Below are positions 36,481-44,695 of a stretch of DNA of 64,000 nt, piece by piece (position 1 is the first letter of the stretch; every line of letters starts with the position of its first letter). Below the pieces are notes generated by a model, which ran no database searches, was not told the DNA's origin, and saw only the letters and a program-made list of their open reading frames with translations. This DNA comes from Actinomycetes bacterium (GTDB lineage Bacteria; Actinomycetota; Acidimicrobiia; Acidimicrobiales; RAAP-2). The DNA lies in the NCBI GenBank assembly GCA_021803085.1, contig JAJZMD010000017.1:11393-75392 (forward strand), written 5' to 3'. Position numbers and translations under genes: made by a program.

Positions 36481-37731
36481 CTATTCGTCGAACCACCGAA
36501 GAGACCTCGGCTCGACCCCGTAGGGCCCGCTTCCTCCCGGCTCGAGAACCCGCGTGCTGCCTGGCTTCCATTCCGGGCCCCCCAGCCGGTCCTTCAGCCA
36601 GTCCGTCGCAAGCAGGTGGACATCGCCGTTCCACTCGGGCCCGTGACCCTGGCGGACGGAGAAGAGGTGACGGCGGTCTGCGAAGATCCAAAGCTCAGCA
36701 GTTCCTTCGAGGTGGCGAAATGCTGACTCCAGCACCTCGAGCGGTGCCCTCGGGTCGTACTCGCCGGCCATCAAGAGGGTGGGAGTGGCAACGCGATCGA
36801 ACAGACTTCTTGGGTCCATCTCGCGGACCCAGGTGTCGAGCACGGATTCGCTCGGTGCCCGCATCAGGTGCCGGAAGAGCCGCTTGTAGCGAGGCGAGTC
36901 CCATTCCATGAGGTAGCCGAGGTCCACCCACGACGCGCCCGTCAGGGCGGCTGCACGAAATCTCGGCTCTACAGCCAAGACCCGCATGCCCCAGTAGGAC
37001 CCGAACCCCTGGCCGTAGAGCAGCCACTGGTCGGCGTCGATCTCGGGCCGAGCCGACAGCACGTCCAAGGTGGCGCTCACCGCCTGCTCGAAGTTGGCCA
37101 CCGTCAGGTGGGTGCCAGCGACATTGCTCTCGCCCATTCCCGGCCCGTCGAACGACAGCAGGTGGAACCCGCGCAGCAAGGAGTGGTTCATCAGAGGGTG
37201 GGGGTACATCTCCTTGGTCATGTCGCAGCCGGGGATGTAGAAGACGCACGGAAGCGGCTCTTGGGAAGCACGAAGGTGAAGGTTTGCGTGGACGGGTCCG
37301 ATCGGCGTCTCGATCGTGAGATGCTCGATCCGATTGGGCGAGAGGCGGCGAACCGCGTCGTAGCAATCGATCGAACGGCCGTGAAGGAACCGCTTTTCGT
37401 CGTTGACGGAGAAGACGACGTGCTGCGCCCCCGCAAACGTGGCTGCTGCGGAGAAGTAGTACTCGAGCGCGGTCATGTGATGACCGACGCTCTCCTCTTC
37501 GCGAGCGATCCTCTCCATCCGCATCGCCTGCCGACCCAGGTGCTTGCTGATCATCGCGTGGGACTTCACCGACCTCGGAAGCGGGCCGCGTCCATCGTCG
37601 GTGAAGTGGTAGACGCGTCCGGTCTCCGACACCAGCCAGTCGAACACCCACTCCTGGCCCATGCGCTGGAGCGACCTCTCGCCGAGGCCGAGAGGTCCTT
37701 CGGGTGCCACCCCGTCCTGATCCACCTTCAC
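36481..37731 (-). CDS. alpha/beta-fold hydrolase paralog 1 (DHPON-hydrolase/FrsA-like), nucleophile elbow reads GQGFG
   Basis: 416 aa. Aligns by eye along its length with the 41262..42638 product. IPGCDMTKEMYP, GEYD and a later His are conserved, but there is no Ser at the elbow. Confidence 0.7.
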   Translation of the reverse strand: MKVDQDGVAPEGPLGLGERSLQRMGQEWVFDWLVSETGRVYHFTDDGRGPLPRSVKSHAMISKHLGRQAMRMERIAREEESVGHHMTALEYYFSAAATFAGAQHVVFSVNDEKRFLHGRSIDCYDAVRRLSPNRIEHLTIETPIGPVHANLHLRASQEPLPCVFYIPGCDMTKEMYPHPLMNHSLLRGFHLLSFDGPGMGESNVAGTHLTVANFEQAVSATLDVLSARPEIDADQWLLYGQGFGSYWGMRVLAVEPRFRAAALTGASWVDLGYLMEWDSPRYKRLFRHLMRAPSESVLDTWVREMDPRSLFDRVATPTLLMAGEYDPRAPLEVLESAFRHLEGTAELWIFADRRHLFSVRQGHGPEWNGDVHLLATDWLKDRLGGPEWKPGSTRVLEPGGSGPYGVEPRSLRWFDE

Positions 37732-37779
37732 GTCTCCTTGCTGTCCGATGTGGCGAGTACGTGGCCCATGACGAGGCTG

Positions 37780-38541
37780 CTACGCGGTGCGCTCGGCATG
37801 GAGCGAGCGCCCCCCGTCGCCGCCTCCGATGTAGAGGGAGACGAGCTCAGGGTCGGCCAGCAGCTCCTCACCAGGGCCCCGCCTGCGGACCTCCCCGAGA
37901 ACGAGCACGCAGGCCTGCTCCGAGTTGGAGAGCGCCAGGCGCGCATTCTGCTCGATGGCGAGGACGGCCAGTCCCAGACCGGCGACCGTTCTCACGTGCT
38001 CCCACACCGACGTCTGGAACCGCGGGGCGAGGCCGGCGGTCGGCTCGTCGAGCACCAGCACATTGGGCTCGGGCATCAGCGCGCGGCCGATTGCCAGCAT
38101 GCTGCGCTGCCCGCCGCTCAGGGTCCATGCATCACGCTTCGCTGCCGACCGCAGGTCCGGGAACATGGTGAACACCGCGTCGAGCCGATGGCGGGTCTTC
38201 GACCGGCGCAGGAAGCATCCCATCTCGAGGTTCTCCCGGACCGTCAAGCTCGGGAAGACGTTCATCACCTGCGGCACGTAGCCGATGCCGCTCCGAGCCA
38301 ACCTCTCGGGGGTGCGGCCGCTCAGGTCGACGCCGTCCACCTTCAACCGGCCGCCCATCGGCTTGATGAGCCCGACGACCGCCTTTGCCAGGGTCGACTT
38401 CCCCGCCCCGTTCGGCCCGATGATGCTGGTGACCGTGCCGGCCTGCACCGCCAGGGACACGTTCTTCACGATCGGCGCCGCCCCGTACCCGACGGTGAAG
38501 TCCTCCACCTCGAGACGGTGCATGCCCGGCGTTCCGTCCAT
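37780..38541 (-). CDS. HAAT-family ABC transporter ATP-binding protein (LivF-like)
   Basis: 253 aa from ATG comp(38539..38541), TGATG overlap. GPNGAGKST, LSGGQRSML, LVLDEPT. Confidence 0.85.
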   Translation of the reverse strand: MDGTPGMHRLEVEDFTVGYGAAPIVKNVSLAVQAGTVTSIIGPNGAGKSTLAKAVVGLIKPMGGRLKVDGVDLSGRTPERLARSGIGYVPQVMNVFPSLTVRENLEMGCFLRRSKTRHRLDAVFTMFPDLRSAAKRDAWTLSGGQRSMLAIGRALMPEPNVLVLDEPTAGLAPRFQTSVWEHVRTVAGLGLAVLAIEQNARLALSNSEQACVLVLGEVRRRGPGEELLADPELVSLYIGGGDGGRSLHAERTA

Positions 38542-39362
38542 CACACTCGAGCTCCCGTCCCTAGATACGCCTCGACGACGGCCTCCGATTGCCGGAGCTC
38601 CTCCCACGTCCCCGTGCCGATGACCCTTCCTTCGCTCATGACGAAGACCGAGTCGCACACTCTCTCGATGGCTTCCATGTTGTGCTCGACGAGCAGCACC
38701 GCCGCCCCTCGCTCGGCCATCCCGCGGATCAGCTCCAAGAGACGATCGGCCAGGATCGGGTTGACCCCGGCCAGGGGCTCGTCGAGCAGCACGACCTCTG
38801 GGTTCGCCATGGCCAGCCGGGCGAACGCCAGGAGCCGGGCTTGACCTCCGCTAAGCTCGCGCGCTCGGCGGTCCCTCATGTGCTCGAGCTCGACGGCCGA
38901 GAGCACGTCCACCGCCCTTTGGATGTTGGCCGCTTGGCGGGCGGTCGCCCTCCTATGACGCAAGATGGCAGCCCAACCCGAGTAGCCCGACTTTGCGTCC
39001 CCGACGACCAGCACGTTCTCCAGCGTCGTCAGGTAGGGCCACACTCGCGGGTCCTGAAAGGTCCGGATCAGCCCGCGCCGGGCGCGTGCATGCGTGGACA
39101 TTCGGTCGATGCTCTCCCCGCGCAGCAGCACGTGGCCGTCGTCCTGTCGCTCCACTCCCGAAAGAAGGTCGAGGACCGTCGACTTCCCGGCGCCGTTCGG
39201 GCCGATCAACCCCGTCACCCGGTGGCTGCGGAGGCTGAGCGAGCAGTCCTGCACCGCAACCAGGCCACCAAACCGCTTCTTCAGCTGCTGAGCCTCCAAG
39301 ACGCACCCGTCGCCGGCGTCGAGCCCTGCGTCCGCCGCAGCCCCGCCTTGGCTCGAGGTCAC
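38541..39362 (-). CDS. HAAT-family ABC transporter ATP-binding protein (LivG-like)
   Basis: 273 aa from GTG comp(39360..39362), GTGA overlap. GPNGAGKST, LSGGQARLL, LLDEPLAG. Confidence 0.85.
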   Translation of the reverse strand: MTSSQGGAAADAGLDAGDGCVLEAQQLKKRFGGLVAVQDCSLSLRSHRVTGLIGPNGAGKSTVLDLLSGVERQDDGHVLLRGESIDRMSTHARARRGLIRTFQDPRVWPYLTTLENVLVVGDAKSGYSGWAAILRHRRATARQAANIQRAVDVLSAVELEHMRDRRARELSGGQARLLAFARLAMANPEVVLLDEPLAGVNPILADRLLELIRGMAERGAAVLLVEHNMEAIERVCDSVFVMSEGRVIGTGTWEELRQSEAVVEAYLGTGARV

Positions 39363-40381
39363 GCGGCTCCCTCCCCGAGCAACGTACGCACGCGGCCCAC
39401 GACGAACCGGACCGGCCGGCTCTGCCACTTGAGCGCTCCGTCGAAGCCCAGCACCGGGCTTCGCTCCGGGAACAGCCCGCGGGGCCTGAGGTAGAGGAAG
39501 ACGAGGATGATCAGCCCGATGATGCAGTTCTGCAGGGCCGGGAGGAATGTCGCAGCTCCGGCTGGGGCGGGGATGAAGAGGACCGCCTGGGGCACGCCGA
39601 TGAGGACGACGCTCGCTCCGAAGAGCACGCCCCACACGCTCCCCACTCCGCCGACGATGATCCCCGAGAACAAGAGGAACGTCTCGAGCGGAGACCAGCC
39701 CGCGGGGCTGAAGGCGCTCACGTACTGCAGGAGCAGCACGCCGCCAAGGCCGCCGACGGCAGATCCGAGCACGTACGCGGCCAGCTTGCGACGGTACGGA
39801 CTGATGCCGAACGCCGAGACGCTGATGGGGTCGTCTCGCACCGCCCGGAGCGTCCGGCCGAACGCGCTCCGGTAGAGCACCTCGAAGAGGAAGACGACGA
39901 CCACCAGCACCGCCGCCACGAGCCCCAGCAGGAAGAGGTTGTAGCCCGAGTAGGAGAAGCGCAGCACTCCCCCGAACGCGTGCGGCACGCCGTAGATGCC
40001 CTGGGGCCCGTTGAACAGCGGCGCGTACTGGTCGCTGAAGGTGTAGAAGATCAACGTGACCGAGAGCGTGACGATGGCAAAATAGTCGCCCGTCACACGC
40101 CGCAGCGCGATCGACCCCACGACGAGCCCGACGACCGCACAGACCGCGACGGCGACGATCGTGCCCACGAAGAACGACTGGTGCAGCCCGAGGACGTAGA
40201 AATTGCCTTCCGAAGCGTTCGGCGGGGGGAGCATCATCACGCCGCACACGTAGGCGCCGAGGGCGACGTAGGCGTAGTACGACAGGTTGAGATCTCCTGC
40301 CCACCCGTACTGGACGTTCAAGCCCATTGCGAGGATGACCGTGATCCCGCCAAGGGTCAGGACGCTGATCGCATATGTCAT
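39359..40381 (-). CDS. HAAT-family ABC transporter permease (LivM-like)
   Basis: 340 aa, multi-TM. Confidence 0.85.
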   Translation of the reverse strand: MTYAISVLTLGGITVILAMGLNVQYGWAGDLNLSYYAYVALGAYVCGVMMLPPPNASEGNFYVLGLHQSFFVGTIVAVAVCAVVGLVVGSIALRRVTGDYFAIVTLSVTLIFYTFSDQYAPLFNGPQGIYGVPHAFGGVLRFSYSGYNLFLLGLVAAVLVVVVFLFEVLYRSAFGRTLRAVRDDPISVSAFGISPYRRKLAAYVLGSAVGGLGGVLLLQYVSAFSPAGWSPLETFLLFSGIIVGGVGSVWGVLFGASVVLIGVPQAVLFIPAPAGAATFLPALQNCIIGLIILVFLYLRPRGLFPERSPVLGFDGALKWQSRPVRFVVGRVRTLLGEGAA

Positions 40382-41265
40382 ACGGCAAACCTGCGGGCGC
40401 TCGATCGGCCCCCGAAGAGCCCGGTGGGCCTGATCAGGATCGTGGCGATGAGCAGGATCAGCGCCACGACCTCCTTGTAGTCGGAGCTGATGTACACGGC
40501 AGCGACTGTCATCCCCAGCCCCACGATCAGCGCCCCGAAGAGGGCGCCGCCGACATTGCCGATGCCGCCGACGACCGCCGCCGCGAAGATGATGAGGAGA
40601 TAGTCGAACCCGAGGGTGGGCACCAGGGCTCCGGCGGTCAAACCGAGAACGAAGCCTGCGATCCCCGTCAGGACTCCGGAGACGGCCCAGGTCAGCTGGG
40701 TGAGCATCCCTGCCGGCAGACCCGACACCCGCGACAGGTCACGATGGTCGGCGACGGCTCGGACTGCCTTTCCGATGAAGGTGAACTTCAGCGTCGCGTG
40801 GAGCCCTGCGATCACCACCAGCGCAACGCCGATGATGACCAGTTGCTCGGTCGTGAACAGGAAGGGCCCGATGTGCTCGGTCGCCCCTTGGATCGTGGGG
40901 AAGGCGGTCGCGTTGCCGCCGAAGATGATGAGGAGCACGTCTTGGATGATGAGCGAGCCTGCCAACGTCGAGACGACAGCCGTGAGCCGGTTGGTCCCCC
41001 GGCTAGCAAAGGGCCGGATCAGCGCCATGTACACCAGCCATGCCATCGCGGCTCCGGCAAGCGCCGCGGCGATCCCGTCGATCGCGATGGAGTGGAACGG
41101 CCCGTTCGCGGCGTACGCCGCATATGCTCCGACGGTCATGATGTCGCCTTGGGCGAAGTTGGGGAGGCGCGACACCCCGTACTGAAGCGACAGGCCCGTC
41201 GTCGCGAGCGCGAGCAGCGCTGCCGTCACCACACCGAACCCGACCGCGTTGAAGAATGCTGTCAC
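40378..41265 (-). CDS. HAAT-family ABC transporter permease (LivH-like)
   Basis: 295 aa, multi-TM. 4-nt overlaps on both sides. Confidence 0.85.
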   Translation of the reverse strand: MTAFFNAVGFGVVTAALLALATTGLSLQYGVSRLPNFAQGDIMTVGAYAAYAANGPFHSIAIDGIAAALAGAAMAWLVYMALIRPFASRGTNRLTAVVSTLAGSLIIQDVLLIIFGGNATAFPTIQGATEHIGPFLFTTEQLVIIGVALVVIAGLHATLKFTFIGKAVRAVADHRDLSRVSGLPAGMLTQLTWAVSGVLTGIAGFVLGLTAGALVPTLGFDYLLIIFAAAVVGGIGNVGGALFGALIVGLGMTVAAVYISSDYKEVVALILLIATILIRPTGLFGGRSSARRFAV

Positions 41266-42638
41266 GGCAAGGCTCCGGTGGATCCGTCACTCGGGAGCGC
41301 ACCGAGCTTCGACGCGACGGGGGCAGCCTCCTCGTACCCTTCCTCCTCGAACCCCTCCTCCTGGGCCCCTTCTTGGCTGAAGCGCCGGTACCAGGGCCAC
41401 GGCGTGCGCGCCGCCCGCGAGTACGGTCCTTCACCAGGCTGGAGGTACCGGATGCGGCGCCCCGAAGAGCTGCCGGGCGCGGCGTCGAGGTGGGCCTCGA
41501 GCCAGTCGAACGAGTACATGTTGATGTCGCTTCCCCACACGGGGACCCCGCGTCCGTCAGCGACGTTCACTTGATGATGCTGGTCGGCGAAGATCCACAG
41601 CTCCCGGTCGTTGGTCATGAGGTCGAAGAGCCGCAGCACCTCCCGGACGGGGCTGCGCGCGTCGTACTCTCCGACCGCCCAAAGGCAGGGGCAGCGCACA
41701 CCGGGGAGCAGATCGTCGAGACGCATGCCCCGCATGATCTCGTTGAGCTCGTCTTCCGAGGCTGCTCCCGTCAGGTACATGAACAGCCACCGCCAGCGAG
41801 GGCCCTCCACGTTCATCAGGTAGTACTTGTCGCATCCCGAGAACAGGGGTGCCGCCGCGGCGCGGATCCTGTCGTCGTGAGCGGCGGCGGCCATCGCCCA
41901 CTGGGAGCTGAAGCTCATCCCGTAGACGCCGATGCGCCTCTCGTCCACCTCCGGGAGCCTGCTCACCACGTCGATCGCCGCGCTCACTGCCCGCGCGTAG
42001 TTGGTCGAGGTCAGCTTGAGGTCGCGGAGGTTGGCCTCACCCTGGCCGGGCCCGTCGAGGACGAGCATGTGCATTCCTCGCTGCGCCGCATGGTTGGCCC
42101 CAGGGCCCGGGTACATCTCCTTCGTCATGTCGCAGCCCGGCAGGGCCACGACGCATGGGGCAGGGGATGGGACGTCGGCCAGGTGGAGGTACGCCCCAAG
42201 GCTTGTGCCCTCGAACGGGATCAGGACGTGACGAATCTCGGGACTGGTGAGCGACGCGTAGGCTGCGTAGCAGCGCATCGCTCCCTCGTGGAGGAACTGC
42301 TTCTCCTCGTTGGTCTCGAAGATGACGTGCTGAGCGGCAGCGTAGGTGTTGGAGGCCGTGAAGAAGTGGTGCTTGGCGGTCTCTGCCGCACCCGCTTCCA
42401 TCGCGTCCTTCGCCAGCATCTCGGCCTTGCCCGCCGCAAGGCCGAGATGCTTGCTGATCATCGCGTGGGTGCGGACTGTGGCGGGGAGTGTGCGCCCGTT
42501 GGCCTTCTGGAAGTGGTACACCCGTCCAGTCGTCTGGACCAGCCAGTCCAAGACCCACCGGTCGTTCTCCCTCGGCGGCCGCCGGAGCTCTGCACCCCAC
42601 TCCGAGGTTGACGCCGCCAGTGATCGGTCCTCGCCCAC
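41262..42638 (-). CDS. alpha/beta-fold hydrolase paralog 2 (DHPON-hydrolase/FrsA-like), intact GMSFS nucleophile elbow
   Basis: 458 aa. LPGCDMTKEMYP, VYGMSFSSQW, GEYD, ADQHH. Acidic C-terminal tail. Confidence 0.7.
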   Translation of the reverse strand: MGEDRSLAASTSEWGAELRRPPRENDRWVLDWLVQTTGRVYHFQKANGRTLPATVRTHAMISKHLGLAAGKAEMLAKDAMEAGAAETAKHHFFTASNTYAAAQHVIFETNEEKQFLHEGAMRCYAAYASLTSPEIRHVLIPFEGTSLGAYLHLADVPSPAPCVVALPGCDMTKEMYPGPGANHAAQRGMHMLVLDGPGQGEANLRDLKLTSTNYARAVSAAIDVVSRLPEVDERRIGVYGMSFSSQWAMAAAAHDDRIRAAAAPLFSGCDKYYLMNVEGPRWRWLFMYLTGAASEDELNEIMRGMRLDDLLPGVRCPCLWAVGEYDARSPVREVLRLFDLMTNDRELWIFADQHHQVNVADGRGVPVWGSDINMYSFDWLEAHLDAAPGSSSGRRIRYLQPGEGPYSRAARTPWPWYRRFSQEGAQEEGFEEEGYEEAAPVASKLGALPSDGSTGALP

Positions 42639-42818
42639 CTGCTGTTCCCCTACTCGTCGTGCCGTCCGCAGTGGTCCTCGTTCGTGCCCCGCGTCGCCGG
42701 CTTCTGGCCGATGCTAACCCCCCCCGATTTGGACCTCCTTCGGGGCAATCGGGGGTTGGCCGTCTCCCGTCGACCTCTACGGAACAGGCACGGCTGGGCG
42801 TGCGATCACAGGGCGGTC

Positions 42819-42851
42819 GGAGCGGAGCGACCCGACGGCCGGCTCCGCTCC
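42819..42851 (-). terminator. 10-bp perfect stem-loop (GGAGCGGAGC..GCTCCGCTCC) just after the SBP stop
   Basis: Read directly. No clear U-tract, so it may attenuate or stabilise rather than terminate. Confidence 0.35.
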
Positions 42852-42870
42852 GCACCCGCCTTCTCCAGCG

Positions 42871-44187
42871 TCAGGAGCTCACCTTCTTCAGCTCCGCGGC
42901 GCTGATGGCGTTGAGCGTCTTCACGCTCTTGCCTGTCGCACTGACTTGCGTCGCGCTCCAGGAGCCGAATTCGTTGTGGTACTGGTTGTATGTGTCCGGA
43001 CCTGCGGCACCTGTGTAGTTGATCTTCTTGTGCCCCTTGAGGAGCTGAAGGCCCTTGGGGTATGTGTAGACGATCTGCCCCGGTGCGTTGCTCACCTTCG
43101 TCACGTCCTTGTTCCAGACCTTCGGGTTGGAGGTGCCCGCGTAGTCCATCGCCAGGGCCGCGATGTTCACGGCGTCGTAGACGTAGTTGGCACCTGCCTG
43201 TGCTCCGACGATGGCTGTCTTGCGGCTCACGCCGTTGGCCACTGCGTAGTCGTGCAAGAACGTCTTCACCGCCGGCCCGCTACCTGTGGAGCCCGGCTGC
43301 AGGGAGACGAGGTGCTTGTGGACCACTGTCGCCCCCACGGCCTTGGTGAATGTCACGGCCGCCGTCAGTGTGGTGCCGATGAACTGGTCGTTGAGGCCGT
43401 TCACCTCGCGGTAGTTGTTCATGATCGTCGCGGCATTGGTCGCCGGGATGTCCACGAAGATGCACTGGGGGTGGCCCGTCAGGCTCTTCTCGACCTCGGA
43501 CAGGTAGGACGTCTGGTTCAGGGCGAAGAACTGCAGAGTCAGGATCTTGCCTCCGAGCCTCGAGAACACTCGCTTGAGGTCAGGTGCCAGCTGGTTGTCC
43601 GGTGTGCCGGCCTGGAAGAGGATGGCGCCGGTCTTGCAGCCGCGATTGTGACCTTCGACGGCCATCGCAGCCGCAAGCTGGGAGTCCGAGGGCGTGATGC
43701 GCCAGAGCAACGGGTTCCGGTTGTGGTCGAAATTGAGGCTGCCAGCGGCCGTGAAGTTCGGGATGCCCGCGTGATCGGTGATCGGCTCCAAGGCGAAGAC
43801 GGTCAGCGTCGACTCGCCGATCAGAACGGAGGGGTGATTGGTCGCGATCTCCTTCTTCTGAGCGGGGACCGCATCGACCGGGTCTCCGTAGTCGTCGGTC
43901 TTATCGAGGACGAGCTGGTGACCGTTGATGCCGCCCGCCTTGTTGATGTCGTACGCAGCAGCCTTCGCGCCGGCCCACGCAGCCGCCCCGAACGACGCGT
44001 ACGTCCCGGTGTAGGAGTTGGTCATGTCGAAGTGGACGGGCGCCCCGTGGAAGCGGGGCCCGGACCTGTGTGCGACTGCCGCGTCGGCGACGCCCAAACA
44101 GGTCGCAGCGATGACTCCGACGCTCAGCACTGCCGAGAACGTCAGGGTCCACATCGTTCGAACCGACTTGCGATGCGTCCTGGTCAT
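42871..44187 (-). CDS. HAAT-family (LivJ/K-like) periplasmic/lipoprotein-type substrate-binding protein
   Basis: 438 aa from the internal ATG (MTRTHRKSVRTMWTLTFSAVLSVGVIAA.. signal peptide). GAKAAAYDINKAGGINGHQL. Confidence 0.8.
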   Translation of the reverse strand: MTRTHRKSVRTMWTLTFSAVLSVGVIAATCLGVADAAVAHRSGPRFHGAPVHFDMTNSYTGTYASFGAAAWAGAKAAAYDINKAGGINGHQLVLDKTDDYGDPVDAVPAQKKEIATNHPSVLIGESTLTVFALEPITDHAGIPNFTAAGSLNFDHNRNPLLWRITPSDSQLAAAMAVEGHNRGCKTGAILFQAGTPDNQLAPDLKRVFSRLGGKILTLQFFALNQTSYLSEVEKSLTGHPQCIFVDIPATNAATIMNNYREVNGLNDQFIGTTLTAAVTFTKAVGATVVHKHLVSLQPGSTGSGPAVKTFLHDYAVANGVSRKTAIVGAQAGANYVYDAVNIAALAMDYAGTSNPKVWNKDVTKVSNAPGQIVYTYPKGLQLLKGHKKINYTGAAGPDTYNQYHNEFGSWSATQVSATGKSVKTLNAISAAELKKVSS

Positions 44188-44522
44188 GTCTGTGACCCCC
44201 CTCGGAGTTGTCCCACTGTTTCGCCCGTGGGTTGGGATTGGTGGTTGCGCTTGACAGCTGGGTTGATGATCGTGCGCGACAGGCGGGCGGCGTGAGCCTC
44301 CTGTCGTCCTGCTCGGAGTTGGAGCCGACCCCTGCCCTGACGTCAGCTCGTGCGATCCGCAGCCCGGACCGCCCGGAGGCTCGCGCAGCGCAGCCACCGA
44401 ATCGGAGCCGCCATCCTGGTGCTACTCCGTGTAACGAGGCGTGATGCTGGCCGCGCTGCTCTCCCCTTCCGACATCGTGTCGCTAAGTCAGCAGAACGCT
44501 GAATCTGGTGACGAGAAGTAGT

Positions 44523-44538
44523 ATGGGACACTGTCCCA
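44523..44538. promoter_or_regulatory. perfect 7-1-7 palindrome (A)TGGGACA-C-TGTCCCA, candidate IclR operator
   Basis: Lies in an AT-richer patch of the 508-bp divergent SBP-operon/MFS intergenic region. Near-identical to the site upstream of iclR (34633..34648). Confidence 0.5.
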
Positions 44539-44695
44539 AATCTGTCAACCCTCTTCGACGATGCGCCCGGCACGTCGTGAGGGCCCGACCACGGAGTTCG
44601 GACGATGAAGACCACACGGCGATGACGCGACGGCTCCATGCCGCGCCTCGTCGAGTAGCGCCACGACATCGACCACGCGCCGCTCGAGACCTCGG

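Noticed and set aside
42718-42725. The C8 homopolymer as a phase-variation switch.
   Set aside because: It is non-coding, short for slippage-based switching, and G/C runs of this length are expected fairly often at this GC content. No read-level evidence is available.
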